From Methylococcaceae bacterium UBA2780 (GTDB lineage: Bacteria; Pseudomonadota; Gammaproteobacteria; Methylococcales; UBA2780): a stretch of 64,000 bases of DNA. Of this stretch, positions 10,828 through 23,166 are shown in pieces; position 1 is the stretch's first letter, and each line of letters starts with the position of its first letter. Below the pieces are notes generated by a model. The model had not been told where the DNA came from. It did not search any database and saw only the letters and a program-made list of their open reading frames with translations. The translations under genes and the position numbers were made by a program. The stretch lies in contig DEIG01000014.1 of the NCBI GenBank assembly GCA_002352345.1, positions 33 through 64,032 on the forward strand. Direction: 5' to 3'.

Positions 10828-12282
10828 TTACTCGAACTCAGCCGGAACGCCTTTATGCCATTCAGTTACCTGCTGGTAACGATGTGCAGCGTTCAACAAC
10901 CGCCCTTCTGAGAAATAGTTTCCAATCAACTGCAAACCAACCGGTTTACTTTTGACAAACCCTGCAGGAATCGACATAGCAGGAATTCCAGCCAAATTGA
11001 CGCCGATTGTAAAAATATCAGAAAGGTACATCGACAGTGGATCATCCGTTTTTTCACCGATACCAAATGCGGTTGAAGGGGCTGTTGGCCCCATAATCAG
11101 ATCAACCTCTTCAAACGCTTTTTTGAAGTCCTCACTGATCAATTTCCTCACCTGTTGTGCTTTTAGATAATAGGCATCGTAGTAGCCAGCAGACAGAGCG
11201 TAAGCACCTATCATAATTCGCCGCTTAACCTCCGCACCAAAACCTTCGCCTCTTGAACGGCTATAAAGATCCTCTAAATTCTCTGGGTTTTCACAACGGT
11301 AACCGTAACGAACTCCATCAAAGCGCGATAGATTTGCTGAACACTCTGCCGGGGCCACAACGTAGTATGCCGGAACAGACAGATCCATATTGGGGAGGCT
11401 TATCTCCTTAACCTCTGCACCTAGCTTCCGATACTCCTCTACCGCCGCCTCAACCGCTTTGGCAACCTCGTTATCAAGACCCTCTTCGAAAAACTCTTTA
11501 GGCAGGCCTATCTTTAAACCCGTCAGCTCTTTATTTAATTCTGCCGAATAATCTGGCACTGAATTTTCCAAGCTTGTTGAATCATTTGGGTCGAAACCGG
11601 CCATGGCCTGAAGCACCAGCGCTGCATCTTCAGCACTTCGAGTCATTGGCCCAGCCTGATCTAAGCTAGAGGCAAAAGCGATCATTCCAAAACGTGAAAC
11701 CGTCCCGTAGGTTGGTTTCAAGCCTGTGATACCGCAAAAAGAGGCCGGTTGGCGGATCGAACCACCGGTATCAGTCCCTGTTGCAATAGGCACCAATCTT
11801 GCCGCTACTGCAGCCGCTGAACCACCCGATGAGCCTCCCGGCACACAGTTTGTATCCCAAGGGTTTTTAACCGCACCGTAGTAACTTGTCTCGTTCGATG
11901 AGCCCATCGCAAACTCATCCATGTTCAGTTTTCCAAGCGACACCATTCCGGCTGCTGCCAAGCGACTCACCACTGTTGCATCATAAGGGGAAATAAAATT
12001 GTCGAGCATTTTTGACCCGCAACTTGTTTTAAACCCTTTTGTGCAAAAAATATCTTTATGTGCCATGGGGATACCGGTCAGCACACCACCCTCACCTTTT
12101 GCAATCAGGCCATCTGCCACACGCGCCGCCTCCAGCGCCTCTTTTCCAGACACCGTTACGAAACAATTTAGTGTCTCGCCGTGTTCTTCGATCCGCTGAA
12201 GGAAGCTGTTCGTTAGCTCCTCACTGCTGAAATCACCTGCCTTTAAACCGGCAGATAGTTCTGTAATCGTTTTGTTATGCAT
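10828..12282 (-). CDS. gatA: Asp/Glu-tRNA amidotransferase subunit A
   Basis: Amidase signature [25 protein letters not shown]. Confidence 0.98.
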   Translation of the reverse strand: MHNKTITELSAGLKAGDFSSEELTNSFLQRIEEHGETLNCFVTVSGKEALEAARVADGLIAKGEGGVLTGIPMAHKDIFCTKGFKTSCGSKMLDNFISPYDATVVSRLAAAGMVSLGKLNMDEFAMGSSNETSYYGAVKNPWDTNCVPGGSSGGSAAAVAARLVPIATGTDTGGSIRQPASFCGITGLKPTYGTVSRFGMIAFASSLDQAGPMTRSAEDAALVLQAMAGFDPNDSTSLENSVPDYSAELNKELTGLKIGLPKEFFEEGLDNEVAKAVEAAVEEYRKLGAEVKEISLPNMDLSVPAYYVVAPAECSANLSRFDGVRYGYRCENPENLEDLYSRSRGEGFGAEVKRRIMIGAYALSAGYYDAYYLKAQQVRKLISEDFKKAFEEVDLIMGPTAPSTAFGIGEKTDDPLSMYLSDIFTIGVNLAGIPAMSIPAGFVKSKPVGLQLIGNYFSEGRLLNAAHRYQQVTEWHKGVPAEFE

Positions 12283-12330
12283 TTCTCTTCTCTGCGAAAG
12301 TAATCGTTTAAGCGCTCAGTAAACAGCTGA

Positions 12331-12618
12331 TCACTCAATAACTTTAGGGACAAGGTAAAGCCCATCTTCAACTTCAGGCGCTATCGACTGGAACAACTCA
12401 CGCTGATTTGTTTCGGTCACTTCGTCTTCCCTTAGTCTTTGGACTTGCTCAAGCGGGTGTGCCATTGGCGTGACAGCACTGGTATCCGCCGCATTTAGTC
12501 GATCAACAAAGTCCAATATTCCCGACAGTTCGCTTGCATAATGTTCAACATCTCCAGACTTAATTTCAAGCCTCGCCAGTCGCGCAATTTTTGTGACATC
12601 TTCCACTTCTAATGACAT
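12331..12618 (-). CDS. gatC: Asp/Glu-tRNA amidotransferase subunit C
   Basis: IARLARL, LREDEV, LYLVPKVIE, upstream of gatA. Confidence 0.97.
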   Translation of the reverse strand: MSLEVEDVTKIARLARLEIKSGDVEHYASELSGILDFVDRLNAADTSAVTPMAHPLEQVQRLREDEVTETNQRELFQSIAPEVEDGLYLVPKVIE

Positions 12619-12774
12619 TCAAAACCTCATATAAACTCTGTTCCAGCTATTCCCTGCAGAAATAAACTCCAATTCCCTGCAATACGTAAAAATATGATAC
12701 CCGATCCCTTGCCCAAACAGCCACTGCATTGTTAAAGTAGTAGGCTTTACTGAACGCCATAAACAGAGGCTTAA

Positions 12775-13824
<1,050 letters not shown>

Positions 13825-13887
13825 TTCCTCCTTTTACAAAGCGAGCCATACAGCCCAATTTTCATACATAACTAAAAGTCTGCAGCC

Positions 13888-14775
13888 ATAAAACTGATCT
13901 TCGCAAAAGGAGCCCCCCTGAACAGCCGCCTGCTGATTGGGATAATTGCCGCAGTGGTCCTAATGATCGCAGACCAGCGCCAAGAGCACCTAAATAACCT
14001 GCGTGCAGCACTTTCAGTTATTGTCTACCCTGTGCAGTATCTAGTTGACCTTCCCTTCAAGACACAGACAGCTGCCTCCGAATCACTTTCTGAAAGAACA
14101 CAGCTACTTAAAGAGAATAAGACACTCAAGCATGAGGCCCTTATTCTTAAAAACAGGCTACTCAAATTTTCGGCGCTAGAAAAAGAAAATATTCGCCTCC
14201 GTGGTCTCCTTGAAAACTCATTCAAACTGGGTGAACAGGTATTAATTGCCGAACTTTTATCTGTCAACCTAAACCCTTACAAGCATGAGGTCGTCATCAA
14301 CAAAGGCAGCCGCTTTGGTATTTTTAACGGCCAGGCTGCCATTGATGCCTACGGTGTAACAGGCCAAGTTATTCGGGCAAACCCCCTCTCTTCTGAAGTG
14401 ATTCTAATAACCGATCCAAGCCATGCAATTTCTGTCGAAATCAACCGCAATGGTCTCCGAACTATCGCAGTCGGAAGTGGGCTTATTGGCAAAATAGAGC
14501 TGCCCTTTCTGCCCAACAATAGCGACATAAGAGTAGGCGATCTGTTAGTCACTTCTGGGCTTGATAATACTTTCCCCGCTGGATACCCAGTCGGAACCAT
14601 CACGGAAATAGACCACGAGCCGGGCAATAGTTTCGCCATCATTCATGCAAAACCTGCTGCACAGCTCGATAAAAGCCGCGAACTATTAATGGTTTGGAGT
14701 AGCAAAGAGCCCATTCCTCTTTTTAAGAAAGAAGAAAAAGCGATTGCAAATGAAGAGGGGCAGAGCGGTGAGTAA
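13888..14775 (+). CDS. mreC: Rod shape-determining protein MreC (probable ATA start)
   Basis: LEKENIRLRGLL, GDLLVTSGL, FPAGYPVG. Homologous N-terminus IKLIFAKG begins at ATA 13888, upstream of the ORF-track start 13954. Confidence 0.92.
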   Translation: MKLIFAKGAPLNSRLLIGIIAAVVLMIADQRQEHLNNLRAALSVIVYPVQYLVDLPFKTQTAASESLSERTQLLKENKTLKHEALILKNRLLKFSALEKENIRLRGLLENSFKLGEQVLIAELLSVNLNPYKHEVVINKGSRFGIFNGQAAIDAYGVTGQVIRANPLSSEVILITDPSHAISVEINRNGLRTIAVGSGLIGKIELPFLPNNSDIRVGDLLVTSGLDNTFPAGYPVGTITEIDHEPGNSFAIIHAKPAAQLDKSRELLMVWSSKEPIPLFKKEEKAIANEEGQSGE

Positions 14776-15250
14776 TCATCGAGGCGGGCTGATCATCGCC
14801 CTAACACTAGCATTTGGTCTAGGGTTACGAATTCTGCCTTTGCCCGAGACATTACGCCTATTAAACCCCGACTGGCTTCTACTTATACTAATCTACTGGT
14901 GCATTGCACTGCCCGACAGGGCAGGAATTGGTACCGCCTGGTTCCTTGGTCTACTTGCTGATGTAACAAGCGGTCAACTATTAGGACAACAGGCTTTCAT
15001 TTACTGCTGGATTGCCTATATTTGCCTGTACTTTCATCAGCGCCTAAGGCTTTTTCCCATGCCACAGCAGATGGTCATCATTATTCTGCTGCTTTTTTCC
15101 GGAAAAGTGATTAACTTCTGGATTATTAGCCTCTACAGCCAGCCTATTAAAGATCTAAATTTTTGGGTTTCCCCATTTATCGCCATTCTGTTTTGGCCAA
15201 TTCTTTATCTGCTATTACGTCAGCTACGTAGGATTTATCGCGTTCAGTAG
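14768..15250 (+). CDS. mreD: Rod shape-determining protein MreD
   Basis: PDWLLLILIYW, GLLADV, LGQQA. GTG start overlaps mreC stop. Confidence 0.93.
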   Translation: MSNHRGGLIIALTLAFGLGLRILPLPETLRLLNPDWLLLILIYWCIALPDRAGIGTAWFLGLLADVTSGQLLGQQAFIYCWIAYICLYFHQRLRLFPMPQQMVIIILLLFSGKVINFWIISLYSQPIKDLNFWVSPFIAILFWPILYLLLRQLRRIYRVQ

Positions 15251-15251
15251 T

Positions 15252-17096
15252 ATGTTCCAGAACGTTAATATCAAAGACAATCTTAAGGAAAATCGCCTCT
15301 TCCTCAACCGATCAATATTCCTTTTTATTGTTGTTCTATTCATCACATTCGGTCTTATTGCTCGTCTAACCTATTTACAAGTCATTGGGCATGAGCACTA
15401 CGCAGACCTAGCTCAAGATAACCGCGTCAAGATGGCTCCTTTGCCACCCACTCGGGGGATCATCTACGATAGATCAGGAAAAATTCTTGCCGAAAATAGG
15501 CCTGTCTTCAATCTGGAAATCACTCCCGAACAGGTTCCAAATCTTGATAAAACGGTTGAGGAGCTTTCAACTCTATTCGCACTAAACGAACAGACCACCA
15601 AACGCTTTCACAAACTTCGTCAGCGTAGCAAATCATTCAACAGCATCCCACTCAAGCTTCGTCTAAGTGACAAAGAGGTTGCCATCTTTGCTGCTAACCG
15701 CCCCCGCTTTCCTGGCGTTGATATCCACGCTCGCCTTATGCGTCACTATCCTTACAAAGAGCTAACTGCACACATTGTCGGTTATGTTGGACGTATCAAC
15801 GAGAAGGAGCTCAAGTCAATTGACCCAAAAACTTACCGGGGAACCTATCAAATAGGGAAAAATGGCGTTGAAAAAACCTATGAAGCAATCCTTCATGGCC
15901 AACCTGGTTATTTAGAATCCGAAGTCAATGTGCAAGGACGAGCAATCAATGTGATAGAGCGCGCCCCATCATTACCAGGTAAAGACCTGCGCCTGACTAT
16001 TGATATTGAAATGCAACGTATCGCCTATGATGCATTAGGAAAAAAAAATGGCGCTGTTATCGCTGTTGATATTAAAACAGGGGACCTTTTAACCTTTGTG
16101 AGTAAACCTGGGTATGACCCGAATCCATTTGTCTATGGCATCGATCATAAAAGCTACAATGCCCTTCAACACTCGCATGATCGCCCCCTTTTTAATCGTG
16201 CACTAAGAGGGCAATACCCACCTGGATCGACAGTTAAACCCTTCATCGGTCTTGCAGGACTTCGCTATTCTGTAATCACAGCAAAACAGAAAAACTTCTG
16301 CCCTGGCTATTATCAGCTCCCAAACTTAGAACACCGTTACAGAGACTGGAAAAAATGGGGGCATGGCCCCGTTGATCTAGACATCGCAATCACACAGTCG
16401 TGTGATGTCTACTTTTACGACTTGGCACTTACGCTTGGCATCGACCGTATGCATGAGTATTTAACTCTATTTGGCTTTGGGCAGAGAACAGGTGTAGATA
16501 TTCTTGGTGAAAAACGGGGGCTTTTACCCTCTCGAGACTGGAAAAGAAAAGCACGAAATCAAGCATGGTTTCCTGGAGAAACATTAATCACTGGAATCGG
16601 CCAAGGTTTCACGCTAGTCACGCCGTTACAGCTAGCCCGGGCAACGGCCATCATGGCTAGCCGCGGCAAAAATGTGCAACCACACGTCGTCAAGACAATT
16701 GGGACTGATCTGAATAGCGTTCCATTTAGCCCTCCTGCAGTAGATCAGGCCGTCACCACCCCCCCTAAAAAATCGATACTCTGGCAGCAGGTTATTGATG
16801 CGATGACTCATGTAATCCATGGTGCGCGCGGGACAGCACAAAGCATCGGCAAAAACAGCTCTTACAAAATTGCCGGAAAAACAGGTACCGCCCAAGTATT
16901 CTCTGTCGGGCAAGAGGATGAGTATGATGAGGAAGAGATTGAAGAAAGGCTACGTGACCATGCCCTATTTATCGCCTTTGCTCCCGTAAAAGAGCCAAAA
17001 ATAGCCATCGCTGTTATTGTCGAAAATGGCGGTCATGGAGGTTCTGTTGCAGCGCCCATCGCGGGAAAACTTTTCAGGAAATACCTTGGTGATTGA
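15252..17096 (+). CDS. mrdA: Penicillin-binding protein 2
   Basis: SxxK (PGSTVKP), SCD, KTGTAQ motifs. Confidence 0.96.
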   Translation: MFQNVNIKDNLKENRLFLNRSIFLFIVVLFITFGLIARLTYLQVIGHEHYADLAQDNRVKMAPLPPTRGIIYDRSGKILAENRPVFNLEITPEQVPNLDKTVEELSTLFALNEQTTKRFHKLRQRSKSFNSIPLKLRLSDKEVAIFAANRPRFPGVDIHARLMRHYPYKELTAHIVGYVGRINEKELKSIDPKTYRGTYQIGKNGVEKTYEAILHGQPGYLESEVNVQGRAINVIERAPSLPGKDLRLTIDIEMQRIAYDALGKKNGAVIAVDIKTGDLLTFVSKPGYDPNPFVYGIDHKSYNALQHSHDRPLFNRALRGQYPPGSTVKPFIGLAGLRYSVITAKQKNFCPGYYQLPNLEHRYRDWKKWGHGPVDLDIAITQSCDVYFYDLALTLGIDRMHEYLTLFGFGQRTGVDILGEKRGLLPSRDWKRKARNQAWFPGETLITGIGQGFTLVTPLQLARATAIMASRGKNVQPHVVKTIGTDLNSVPFSPPAVDQAVTTPPKKSILWQQVIDAMTHVIHGARGTAQSIGKNSSYKIAGKTGTAQVFSVGQEDEYDEEEIEERLRDHALFIAFAPVKEPKIAIAVIVENGGHGGSVAAPIAGKLFRKYLGD

Positions 17097-17103
17097 TTAA
17101 ATA

Positions 17104-18243
17104 ATGGCTAATTCATCCTATCGATCCATCTCATTTAACCAGCAAGGACAAGCGGGAAATCGATCCCTTTTACAAAAAATACACCTAGATGGCCCCCTCC
17201 TACTTGGCCTGCTAGCAATTTCTGCTGTTGGATTTTTAATCCTCTATAGCGCCGGAGGTGAAAACTGGGGGTTACTTAACAGGCAACTGATACGACTTGC
17301 AGTCGCTTTTGGCGGGCTCTTTATCCTAGCTCAAATACCTCCCCATCACCTTCGCCGTTATACGCCCATCCTTTTTGCCATAGGCATCCTTTTGCTGATT
17401 GCTGTACTCGTTATGGGTGAAGTCGGAAAAGGGGCTCAACGCTGGCTTGACCTTGGTTTCTTTCGCTTCCAACCATCTGAAATGCTCAAACTTGCTACGC
17501 CGATGATGGTTGCTTGGTATCTGGCTGACAGGCCACTTCCACCAAATTGGAAACATCTTTTCTTTGCGGTTCTGTTTATTGTGATCCCCGCTTTTCTAAT
17601 TGCACGCCAACCTGACCTAGGGACTGCACTACTCGTTGCCAGCTCAGGAGCTGCCGCCATCTTTCTTGCGGGCATACGCTGGCGAATTCTACTGGCCATT
17701 GGCGCCAGCTTAGGCGCTCTCCTTCCCGTACTATGGCACTTTATGCGGGAGTATCAGAAGCAGCGCGTTCTAACCTTCCTGAATCCTGAGAATGACCCTC
17801 TTGGTGCTGGGTATCACATCATTCAATCTAAAATAGCGATCGGTTCTGGAGGCCTGTACGGTAAAGGCTGGCTAAATGGAACACAATCCCATCTTGAATT
17901 CCTCCCCGAACGATCAACAGATTTTATTTTTGCGGTCTTTGCGGAAGAATTTGGCCTTGTCGGCTGCATTATGTTGCTCACCCTGTATCTATTGATTGTA
18001 AGCCGCTGCATCTATATTTCTATCAAAGCACAAGACACCTATAGCCGTTTGCTTGCTGGCGCTTTAGGAATGACCTTTTTTATCTATGTGTTTGTTAATA
18101 TCGGCATGGTAATCGGCATACTGCCGGTTGTTGGTGTACCTTTACCACTCGTTAGCTATGGTGGCACCTCAATGGTGACCCTGCTTGCCGGTTTCGGTAT
18201 CCTTATGTCAATACAAACGCACCGCAAACTTCTATCAACCTAA
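17104..18243 (+). CDS. rodA: SEDS peptidoglycan glycosyltransferase RodA
   Basis: GAQRW, FQPSE, QPDLGT, TDFIF, SYGGTS. Confidence 0.96.
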   Translation: MANSSYRSISFNQQGQAGNRSLLQKIHLDGPLLLGLLAISAVGFLILYSAGGENWGLLNRQLIRLAVAFGGLFILAQIPPHHLRRYTPILFAIGILLLIAVLVMGEVGKGAQRWLDLGFFRFQPSEMLKLATPMMVAWYLADRPLPPNWKHLFFAVLFIVIPAFLIARQPDLGTALLVASSGAAAIFLAGIRWRILLAIGASLGALLPVLWHFMREYQKQRVLTFLNPENDPLGAGYHIIQSKIAIGSGGLYGKGWLNGTQSHLEFLPERSTDFIFAVFAEEFGLVGCIMLLTLYLLIVSRCIYISIKAQDTYSRLLAGALGMTFFIYVFVNIGMVIGILPVVGVPLPLVSYGGTSMVTLLAGFGILMSIQTHRKLLST

Positions 18244-18248
18244 AGCAA

Positions 18249-19274
18249 ATGGACATAAACAAACCTCAAAGCAGCCTGCTAAATTTAGCTATTGGACTCT
18301 TTTTCTTGGCCGCATCATTAGCCTCTGGAGGTGTTAATGCCAAAGACATTAGCCAACGGGAAGATGTTCAACAATTCATCAACGAAATGGTCAAGAAACA
18401 TCAATTTGAAAAACCATCTCTTTTGGCGCTATTCAATCAGGTCAAACTACAAAAACGCGTTGAAAAGGCCATTGCCTCCCCCGCAGAAGCGAAACCTTGG
18501 TATAAGTATCGTGCCATTTTCTTAACCAATTCAAGAGCCGATGGGGGCGTCAAATTCTGGAAAGAGAATGCCACTGTGCTTGCCGAAGTTGAAAAGCGAT
18601 TTGGTGTGCCCCCTGAAATTATTACCGCAATTATTGGTGTTGAAACCCGATATTCAAAACACACCGGTGGATTTCGCGTAATCGACTCCCTCTCGACGCT
18701 CGCTTTTAATTACCCCAAGCGAAGTAAATTTTTCCGAAAAGAGCTCGAACAGTTCCTTTTGCTCTGCAAAGAAGAGAAAGCCAATCCCCTTCAACTAACC
18801 GGCTCTTACGCTGGAGCGATGGGAATCCCTCAGTTTATGCCCAGTAGTTTTAGACACTATGCAGCTGATTTTGAAGGTGATGGAAAAAAAGACATCTGGA
18901 AAAATACCGCTGATGTGATCGCCAGTGTCGCCAATTATTTCACCATTCACGGCTGGCAGCCGGGTAAAGCCGTTGCCTTTCCCGTAACCGTTGAGGGCGA
19001 AAAATATAAAAACATCATTGGGAAAGGCTTCAAACCAAAACAGACTCTGGCAAACCTTCAGTCCAGTGGCGTCAATATTGAAAAGATAAATTTGCCTCTT
19101 GATACCGCAGCCCGTTTACTCTCTCTTGAACAGAGGCATCGCATGGAAGAGTGGGCAGTACTAACCAACTTTTATGTAATCACCCGCTACAACCATAGCG
19201 ATCATTATGCGATGGCTGTTTATCAACTAAGCCAAGAGATCAAGAATCGCTATTCACGTCTAGCGTCCAAATAG
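18249..19274 (+). CDS. mltB: Lytic murein transglycosylase B family
   Basis: IIGVETRY, GSYAGAMGIPQFMPSS, ITRYNHS. Confidence 0.92.
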   Translation: MDINKPQSSLLNLAIGLFFLAASLASGGVNAKDISQREDVQQFINEMVKKHQFEKPSLLALFNQVKLQKRVEKAIASPAEAKPWYKYRAIFLTNSRADGGVKFWKENATVLAEVEKRFGVPPEIITAIIGVETRYSKHTGGFRVIDSLSTLAFNYPKRSKFFRKELEQFLLLCKEEKANPLQLTGSYAGAMGIPQFMPSSFRHYAADFEGDGKKDIWKNTADVIASVANYFTIHGWQPGKAVAFPVTVEGEKYKNIIGKGFKPKQTLANLQSSGVNIEKINLPLDTAARLLSLEQRHRMEEWAVLTNFYVITRYNHSDHYAMAVYQLSQEIKNRYSRLASK

Positions 19275-19295
19275 TTATCTCACACAGCAGACAAC

Positions 19296-20129
19296 ATGCG
19301 ATTAGCGACCCTGTTTTTTCTATCTGTATCAATTGTAGGTTGTAGCTACTCGGACCGCCCTTTTATTCAGGACGGTGCACCCAGCCGCTCCATTGATATC
19401 GCCTCAGTACCTGATGCCACACCAAAGATCGAGCCCATAACGCGCGCAGGCAACCCCCCTTCGTACACAGTGCTTGGCAAACATTACCGGCTCATGAGCA
19501 GCAGCAAGGGTTATACAGAGCGGGGAATTGCCTCATGGTACGGCACAAAATTCCACGGCAAAAAAACCTCTAATGGTGAACGCTACGATATGTACGCCAT
19601 GACGGCCGCCCATAAGACAATTCCAATACCGGCTTACCTTAAGGTTACAAATCTTAAGAACAAGCGATCGATTATTGTCAGGGTCAATGACCGAGGTCCA
19701 TTCCATGAAAACAGGATCATTGACCTCTCCTACACTGCCGCCTCTAAACTCGATATTTTAAAAAGTGGCACAGGCTTTGTGGAAATTGAAGCCATTGACC
19801 CATCCGCGCCACAACAAAAAGTTATAACCATTAACAGCGCTCACCATTCTCAAGCTCAAGATGAGATTTATATCCAGGTAGGTGCTTTTGGGCAACAGAC
19901 CAATGCCATCAAATTAACGAATAAAATACACGCACGTGGAATACCGGATGTCCACATTCAAACAGATAACAAAATGGCTAGCCCCATTTTTCGCGTACAG
20001 ATTGGTCCATTATTATCAGCTGCTGAAGCAGATATTATCACCCAGAAGCTGCTTAGGCTGGATGTTACTGAAGCACACCTAATCGTCAAACAGAAGCCAC
20101 AAAACCCAGTTCAAAGCCCACAACTGTAA
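19296..20129 (+). CDS. rlpA: Septal ring lytic transglycosylase RlpA
   Basis: Lipobox VGC, GIASWYG, TAAHKT, VNDRGPF, C-terminal SPOR (IQVGAF). Confidence 0.93.
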   Translation: MRLATLFFLSVSIVGCSYSDRPFIQDGAPSRSIDIASVPDATPKIEPITRAGNPPSYTVLGKHYRLMSSSKGYTERGIASWYGTKFHGKKTSNGERYDMYAMTAAHKTIPIPAYLKVTNLKNKRSIIVRVNDRGPFHENRIIDLSYTAASKLDILKSGTGFVEIEAIDPSAPQQKVITINSAHHSQAQDEIYIQVGAFGQQTNAIKLTNKIHARGIPDVHIQTDNKMASPIFRVQIGPLLSAAEADIITQKLLRLDVTEAHLIVKQKPQNPVQSPQL

Positions 20130-20198
20130 TTAAGGCCATGTTACAATTTTCTCTGTAAACAAACTTACTCTCCCCTAATACCACCGGATCTCTACGCT

Positions 20199-21353
20199 GT
20201 GAATACCCCAAAGCCACTTCTCAAGTTCTTCATATTACTCCTCACCTTTGCTTTCAACAGTATCGCTCTAGCTGCCTCTGTTCCTGTTCCATCCGCACCA
20301 CGTATTGCGGCTAGTGGTTTCTTTCTTCAGGACTTTAATAGCGGAAAGGTTCTGGCTGAGAAAAACAGCCAACAGCGACTACCCCCTGCCAGTTTGACAA
20401 AAATTATGACCGCCTATGTCGTATTTAATGAGATCACAAACGGTCATCTCGATTTAAACGATCTGGTCACCGTCAGTGAAAAAGCTTGGCGCACACCCGG
20501 GTCTCGCATGTTTATTGAGGTAGGCAAAAAAATTCCAGTTGAAACATTGATAAAAGGGATGCTTATACAGTCCGGCAATGATGCCAGTGTAGCGCTCGCA
20601 GAGCATGTGGCTGGAGATGAGCAAACCTTCGCTCAAATGATGAACCAGCAAGCAGTAAAGCTTGGCATGACGAATAGTTATTTCAGCAATAGCACCGGGC
20701 TTCCAACCAAACTCGACCACTATACGAGCGCCCAAGATCTAGGCAAATTGATGCGCGCTCTAATTAGAGATTTCCCAACGTTTTACAAATGGGAATCAGA
20801 AAAAGAGATGACCTACAACGGCATCACTCAAAAAAACCGTAACCGCCTGCTCTGGAGAGATAAATCGGTTGATGGTGGAAAAACCGGCCATACCGAAGCT
20901 GCTAAGTACTGCCTTGTTTCATCCGCATTGCGCGATGGTATGCGCATTATTTCTGTCGTCATGGGCACAAATAGCGATAACGCCCGCGCGCAAGAAAGCC
21001 AAGCCTTGATCAACTATGGCTACCGTTTTTATGAGACTCACCGGCTTTATAGCGCAGGAGAAAAGCTCACATCCACACGCATTTGGAAAGGGGCCAGCCA
21101 ACAACTCGACCTTGGCCTGAATGATGACCTTTACATCACCATCCCTAGAAAACAGTACAACAATCTAGACGCACAAATGGAACTCGAACCCAAAATCATT
21201 GCACCTGCTACAAAAGGGCAACAATTTGGGTTTGTAAAGGTATCGCTAGCTGGCACAGAGCTGATTAGAAAGCCGTTAATCGCGCTTAGTCCTGTTGCGA
21301 CAGGAAGCCTCTTCCAAAGGCTCTATGACGAAGCATTGATGATGCTTGAATAA
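20199..21353 (+). CDS. dacA: D-alanyl-D-alanine carboxypeptidase (PBP5/6)
   Basis: ASLTK, SGNDA, KTGHT. Confidence 0.9.
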   Translation: MNTPKPLLKFFILLLTFAFNSIALAASVPVPSAPRIAASGFFLQDFNSGKVLAEKNSQQRLPPASLTKIMTAYVVFNEITNGHLDLNDLVTVSEKAWRTPGSRMFIEVGKKIPVETLIKGMLIQSGNDASVALAEHVAGDEQTFAQMMNQQAVKLGMTNSYFSNSTGLPTKLDHYTSAQDLGKLMRALIRDFPTFYKWESEKEMTYNGITQKNRNRLLWRDKSVDGGKTGHTEAAKYCLVSSALRDGMRIISVVMGTNSDNARAQESQALINYGYRFYETHRLYSAGEKLTSTRIWKGASQQLDLGLNDDLYITIPRKQYNNLDAQMELEPKIIAPATKGQQFGFVKVSLAGTELIRKPLIALSPVATGSLFQRLYDEALMMLE

Positions 21354-22228
21354 TGGCTGTGGCAAATAACAAACAAACCGTCTATCTAAATGGCCAGTAC
21401 CTACCCATTGATCAGGCCCATGTATCCGTTCTAGACCGTGGTTTTTTATTTGGTGACGGTGTCTACGAAGTAATTCCTGTTTTTGCTGATAAACCTTTTC
21501 GGCTTCATGAACACCTTTTAAGACTTGATGACAGCCTAAGCGGGATACGATTACCATCCCCATTCGGCCATAGAGAGTGGAAAGCTATCTTCTCATCACT
21601 TATTGAGAAAAACGGCGGAGGAAACCTTTCAATCTATCTTCAGGTCACACGAGGTGCTTCAGAGAAAAGAGATCACGCTCTGCCAGAAAAACCTCAACCA
21701 ACTGTTTTTGCCATGTGCGCACCGATGCCCCTCTCTGCCCCACCCGAGGAGCAAAAAGGCGCCTGTGCAATCACACTTGAAGATAATCGCTGGCACGCCT
21801 GTAACGTTAAAGCAATCACTCTCCTGGCGAATATCCTTCTCCGCCAAAAAGCGGTTGATAAAGGCTGTGCCGAAGCAATTTTATTACGCAACGGAATGGT
21901 CACCGAAGGCGCTGCAAGCAACCTCTTTGCCGTTATAGATGGCAAGCTTGTTACGCCGCCCAAAAGCAATCATGTCTTACCCGGCATCACGCGTGACTTA
22001 ATCATTGAGTTAGCTAATGCGAATGGCCTACCGTGTGAAGAGCGGTTCATCAGTAAATTCGAACTGCAACAGGCTAGTGAAATTTGGGTCACCAGCTCAA
22101 CTCGCGAGATTCTTCCTATTATCAAGCTTGATGAGCAGGTGGTTGGTGATGGAACACCCGGAGCACTCTGGTTGAAAATGCAGACGCTTTATCAAAATTA
22201 TAAGCAGCTCCTTAAGCAAAAATCATGA
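21353..22228 (+). CDS. dat: D-amino-acid aminotransferase (class IV PLP)
   Basis: DRGFLFGDGVYE, EGAASN, LPGITR. Confidence 0.85.
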   Translation: MAVANNKQTVYLNGQYLPIDQAHVSVLDRGFLFGDGVYEVIPVFADKPFRLHEHLLRLDDSLSGIRLPSPFGHREWKAIFSSLIEKNGGGNLSIYLQVTRGASEKRDHALPEKPQPTVFAMCAPMPLSAPPEEQKGACAITLEDNRWHACNVKAITLLANILLRQKAVDKGCAEAILLRNGMVTEGAASNLFAVIDGKLVTPPKSNHVLPGITRDLIIELANANGLPCEERFISKFELQQASEIWVTSSTREILPIIKLDEQVVGDGTPGALWLKMQTLYQNYKQLLKQKS

Positions 22229-22497
22229 GTCAAGACGATAACGAAACATTGCTGGAATTCCCATGCGACTTCTCAATCAAAGCCATGGGACTCGCCACCG
22301 ATGAATTTGAGCTTTTAGTCATTGAAACGGTTCGCCATCACAGCAAAGAGCTGCGAGAAGATGCTGTTCGCTCACGGCCCAGTAAAAATGGAAAGTACTG
22401 CTCTATTACTATCACCATCCAAGCCACAAGCAAGAAGCAACTCGACGCAATATACCAAGAGCTGCATGACTCAGGAAAAGTCTTGATGGCTTTGTAG
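22225..22497 (+). CDS. ybeD: DUF493/YbeD family protein
   Basis: LLEFPCDFSIKAMG, SKNGKY, upstream of lipB. Confidence 0.9.
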   Translation: MSQDDNETLLEFPCDFSIKAMGLATDEFELLVIETVRHHSKELREDAVRSRPSKNGKYCSITITIQATSKKQLDAIYQELHDSGKVLMAL

Positions 22498-22506
22498 GCG
22501 CAGCAC

Positions 22507-23166
22507 ATGAGCTTAATCATCAGACAATTTGGCCTTAGAGATTACGCAACAACCTGGCAGGCAATGCGAGATTTCACGGAACAGAGAGGCGACGATACAG
22601 CGGATGAATTCTGGATTCTTCAGCACCCTCCAGTCTATACACAAGGGTTAAGCGGAAAAGCTGAGCACCTCCTAAACCCCGGAGCTGTCCCCATCGTACA
22701 AACAGACCGAGGAGGACAGGTCACCTACCACGGACCAGGGCAGCTTATTCTCTACCCGTTGATCGACCTAAAACGAAAAAAACTTGGTATTCGAGCGCTC
22801 GTATCAGCACTCGAGAACAGCACTGTTGCACTACTCCGGCAGTATGGACTTCAAGCTTATGCCCGCGCTGACGCGCCTGGCGTTTATATTAATGAGGAAA
22901 AAATTGCCTCTTTAGGGCTGCGTGTTCGACGCGGCTGCAGCTATCACGGACTAAGCTTAAACATAAACCTAGACCTTACCCCATTTGAGGGCATTAATCC
23001 CTGTGGTTACGCTGGCTTAGCCGTCACTAGCCTTAAAAAACTCGGCATCAATATCAAGGCTGACGAACCAACACCTGCACTGCTGACAGAATTATTAAAG
23101 ATACTTGAATACAATCTCGATTCAGTCACTTCAACTTCAGAAATTACACTCCCAGAACCATCATGA
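22507..23166 (+). CDS. lipB: Octanoyltransferase LipB
   Basis: [25 protein letters not shown]. Confidence 0.96.
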   Translation: MSLIIRQFGLRDYATTWQAMRDFTEQRGDDTADEFWILQHPPVYTQGLSGKAEHLLNPGAVPIVQTDRGGQVTYHGPGQLILYPLIDLKRKKLGIRALVSALENSTVALLRQYGLQAYARADAPGVYINEEKIASLGLRVRRGCSYHGLSLNINLDLTPFEGINPCGYAGLAVTSLKKLGINIKADEPTPALLTELLKILEYNLDSVTSTSEITLPEPS

